Below, piece by piece: positions 61,953 to 64,000 of a DNA stretch of 64,000 nt; the stretch's first letter is position 1; each line of letters starts with the position of its first letter. The notes beneath the pieces were generated by a model. The model was not told the DNA's origin. It made no database searches and saw nothing but the letters and a program-made list of their open reading frames with translations. The stretch is taken from NCBI RefSeq assembly GCF_964355755.1, contig NC_092674.1, positions 10,044,001-10,108,000 of the forward strand, written 5' to 3'. The position numbers and the translations under genes were made by a program. The stretch is from Antedon mediterranea (taxonomy: Eukaryota; Animalia; Echinodermata).

Positions 61953-62153
61953 AGTCTTACCCTCAATCTGTTTTTCTTACCCTCAATCTGCTTCTCTTAC
62001 CCTCAATCTGCTTCTCTTACCCTCAATCTGCTTCTCTTACCCTCAATCTGCTTCTCTTACCCTCAATCTGCTTCTCTTACCCTCAATCTGCTTCTCTTAC
62101 CCTCAATCTGCTTCTCTTACCCTCAATCTGCTTCTCTTACCGTCAATCTGCTT
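61953..62153. repeat. 20-bp minisatellite, about 10 copies (TCTTACCCTCAATCTGCTTC)
   Basis: Read directly; explains ORF 61920..62228. Confidence 0.95.
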
Positions 62154-62585
62154 AGACTAAGTAAAAAAATACAAATTAATTTATTAATATTATCCATTTA
62201 TCTATTAATAACATCGGATGACCTATGAACCCGTCATCCTTTAGCATTCCCTAAATTCCGTTCACATGAACGTGATCTCCTTCAGTAAATGTTGTTTCCT
62301 AATTTATACAGTTGAACCAATATTAACCACAAACAAGTGCTGGAGATTCCTAATCCGCCACAAAATGATTACAGTATATGAATGACCACATCCTTAAGAA
62401 ATAAATTTGTTTAGTGCGTGTCCAACAGTTGCATAAATGAAAGAATTGTTACATGGCGTCAGACTGAACATAATAGTACAGTAATACAATAACAATGTAG
62501 ACTATTGCTACATCAGTAAATAAACATTCTTCAATTCAATTTTAACCACAATCCTATATGGATAATTTAGCAAAAAGTACCTTTA

Positions 62586-62800
62586 GGGCCTGTTTCTGCT
62601 GAGCAGAAATAATCGATTATTAACCGTTTATTTTTTTAATCGATTATTTTTGGGCAGCAGAAACGGCGCAAAATAAAATAACCGATTAAAAATAACCGAT
62701 TAAAAACACTCAATCCATTGCGTGTTTTAATCGATTATTTCTTGTTTTAACCGATTATTGCGGAGCAGTTTTGAGCTGCAACACAAATAGCGATTATTGA
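62586..62800. mobile_element. Harbinger-like MITE end with AA(T/C)CGATTA repeats
   Basis: TTA-GGGCCTGTTTCTGCTG...CAGCAGAAACGGCGC; a related end lies at ~28445. Confidence 0.5.
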
Positions 62801-63154
62801 CCTCACTTTGACCTCTAGAGTATTCACGTCACAAAGCATGCTGTTTATTTGTGCGATATCGACAACGATCAGCAAAACCACGATTGCGATGTAGACCGAA
62901 TAAAAATCAAATGTTAAACATTTGATTTTTATTATTTTGTGGGGGAGAATTATACCAAGAGACTCCAGGATTCTGTGTTACAAGTACACCTGTTACATAC
63001 CACCAGTCCAGGCTAACGATGTTTTACATGTCATTTTTTAGGCCTGTTGTCTGTTGACTTGTTTCGGTAGAAATATATAGCCCATAGGCCTAGCAGGCCG
63101 AAGGTAGACTTCGAACTTTTTTCGCCGACGTGTCCTTATTAATATAACATCATT

Positions 63155-64000
63155 CAGTGTTCTCCCCAGGATTCACATCAAGCGTCACGGTTGACCCCCC
63201 CCCCCCTCGGGGGGGGGGGGGGCATTGGGGCACTAAGTACTTGAGCCACAGCCCCACCATGGTTGGGGCTGTGGCGAAGCGATTTTTGGTAATTTACACC
63301 CTAGATGGCCGGAAATGGTACTCTCGCCCACATAACATTTATGTTGAATGACGCCTCTTGTTTGGCCGGAAATAACACTTATAGCGCGCTAGCAAACAAC
63401 AAAACGATCGTAGCCAACTTTTTCAGCCGGTAAACATACGCGAAGAAACATTTTTTTGCATTAATTACGAACGTCAGGGGGAAGCCCCAATGAAAAAAAT
63501 AGGCCTAATCTATTAGCCTACTCATCAGTAGGACAACTCTAGTTGGCCGGAAACGAAACTTTATAGCGCACTAGCAAACAGTAAAACCATCGTAGCACAC
63601 TTTTTCCGCCAGTAAACATACGCGATAAAAAAATGTTTTTGCGTTCAATACGAACGTCAAGGGGAATTCCCCGATGAAATAAAACTAGGCCTACTCATGA
63701 GTAGGACAACTCTGTAGTTGGCCGGAAAGACACTTCATAGCGCGCTAGCAAACCGCACGATCGTAGCCTGCTTTTTCCGCCGGCCGGTAAACATACGCGA
63801 TAAGAAACATTTTTTGCGTTCATTACGAACGTCAAGGGGATTTCCCCGATGAAATAAAAAAATGCTACTCATCAGTAGGACAACTCTGTAGTTGGCCGGA
63901 AAGGACACTTCATAGCGCGCTAGCAAACAGCCCGATTGAGCCTACTTTTCCGCAGGTAAACATACTGTACGCGATATATGAAAAAAAAAATATGCCTACT
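63155..64000 (+). mobile_element. hAT-like element 5' end with an internal ~180-bp tandem array (runs off window)
   Basis: CAGTGTTCTCCCCAG terminus and a C-tract/G-tract hairpin; units ttggccggaaa...atagcgcgctagcaaac...gtaaacatacgcga...ctactcatcagtaggacaactct at ~63362, 63543, 63718 and 63892. Confidence 0.7.

Noticed and set aside
63500-63900. Hammerhead ribozyme (CTGATGAG on the minus strand in tandem repeats, retrozyme-like)
   Set aside because: CTGATGA is buried in a local CCTACT/AGTAG hairpin, no stem II followed by GAAA is positioned correctly, and one unit lacks the motif.
42040-64000. Further coding exons or nested genes among the short ORFs
   Set aside because: The ORFs are short and AT-rich or repeat-derived, and no exon starting with the expected G-x-x-x-W motif was found. 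Small exons could still have been missed by eye.

Overview
AT-rich animal DNA with spliceosomal introns. Repeat and gene content suggests a marine invertebrate deuterostome such as an echinoderm (inference only). Genes: (1) the 5' part of a minus-strand NLR-type immune receptor with tandem DED-like domains, four linker micro-exons made by an ~0.8 kb tandem duplication, and a NACHT exon running off the left edge; (2) a 3-exon CPFC glutaredoxin; (3) an 8-exon TEX26-like gene with an intronic tRNA-Ser(UGA); (4) the first coding exon of a probable ARHGAP6-like RhoGAP followed by a >22 kb intron. The NLR intron holds a DIRS1-type tyrosine-recombinase retrotransposon with intact ITRs and ICR but broken ORFs, itself interrupted by a 5'-truncated LINE. 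A paralogous empty site about 0.8 kb away shows the integration crossover to the base. A ~7 kb satellite (28.9-35.8 kb) is built from fold-back monomers and contains a 955-bp higher-order duplication. Many MITEs, SINEs and LINE fragments are present, including two P-element-like palindromic footprints with 7-bp TSDs. I found no firm evidence of a wholly new biological system. The best leads are the palindromic satellite, the DIRS filled/empty site pair, the NLR with duplicated NLS-like micro-exons, and the P-like footprints. All family assignments come from motif recognition by eye, not database searches.
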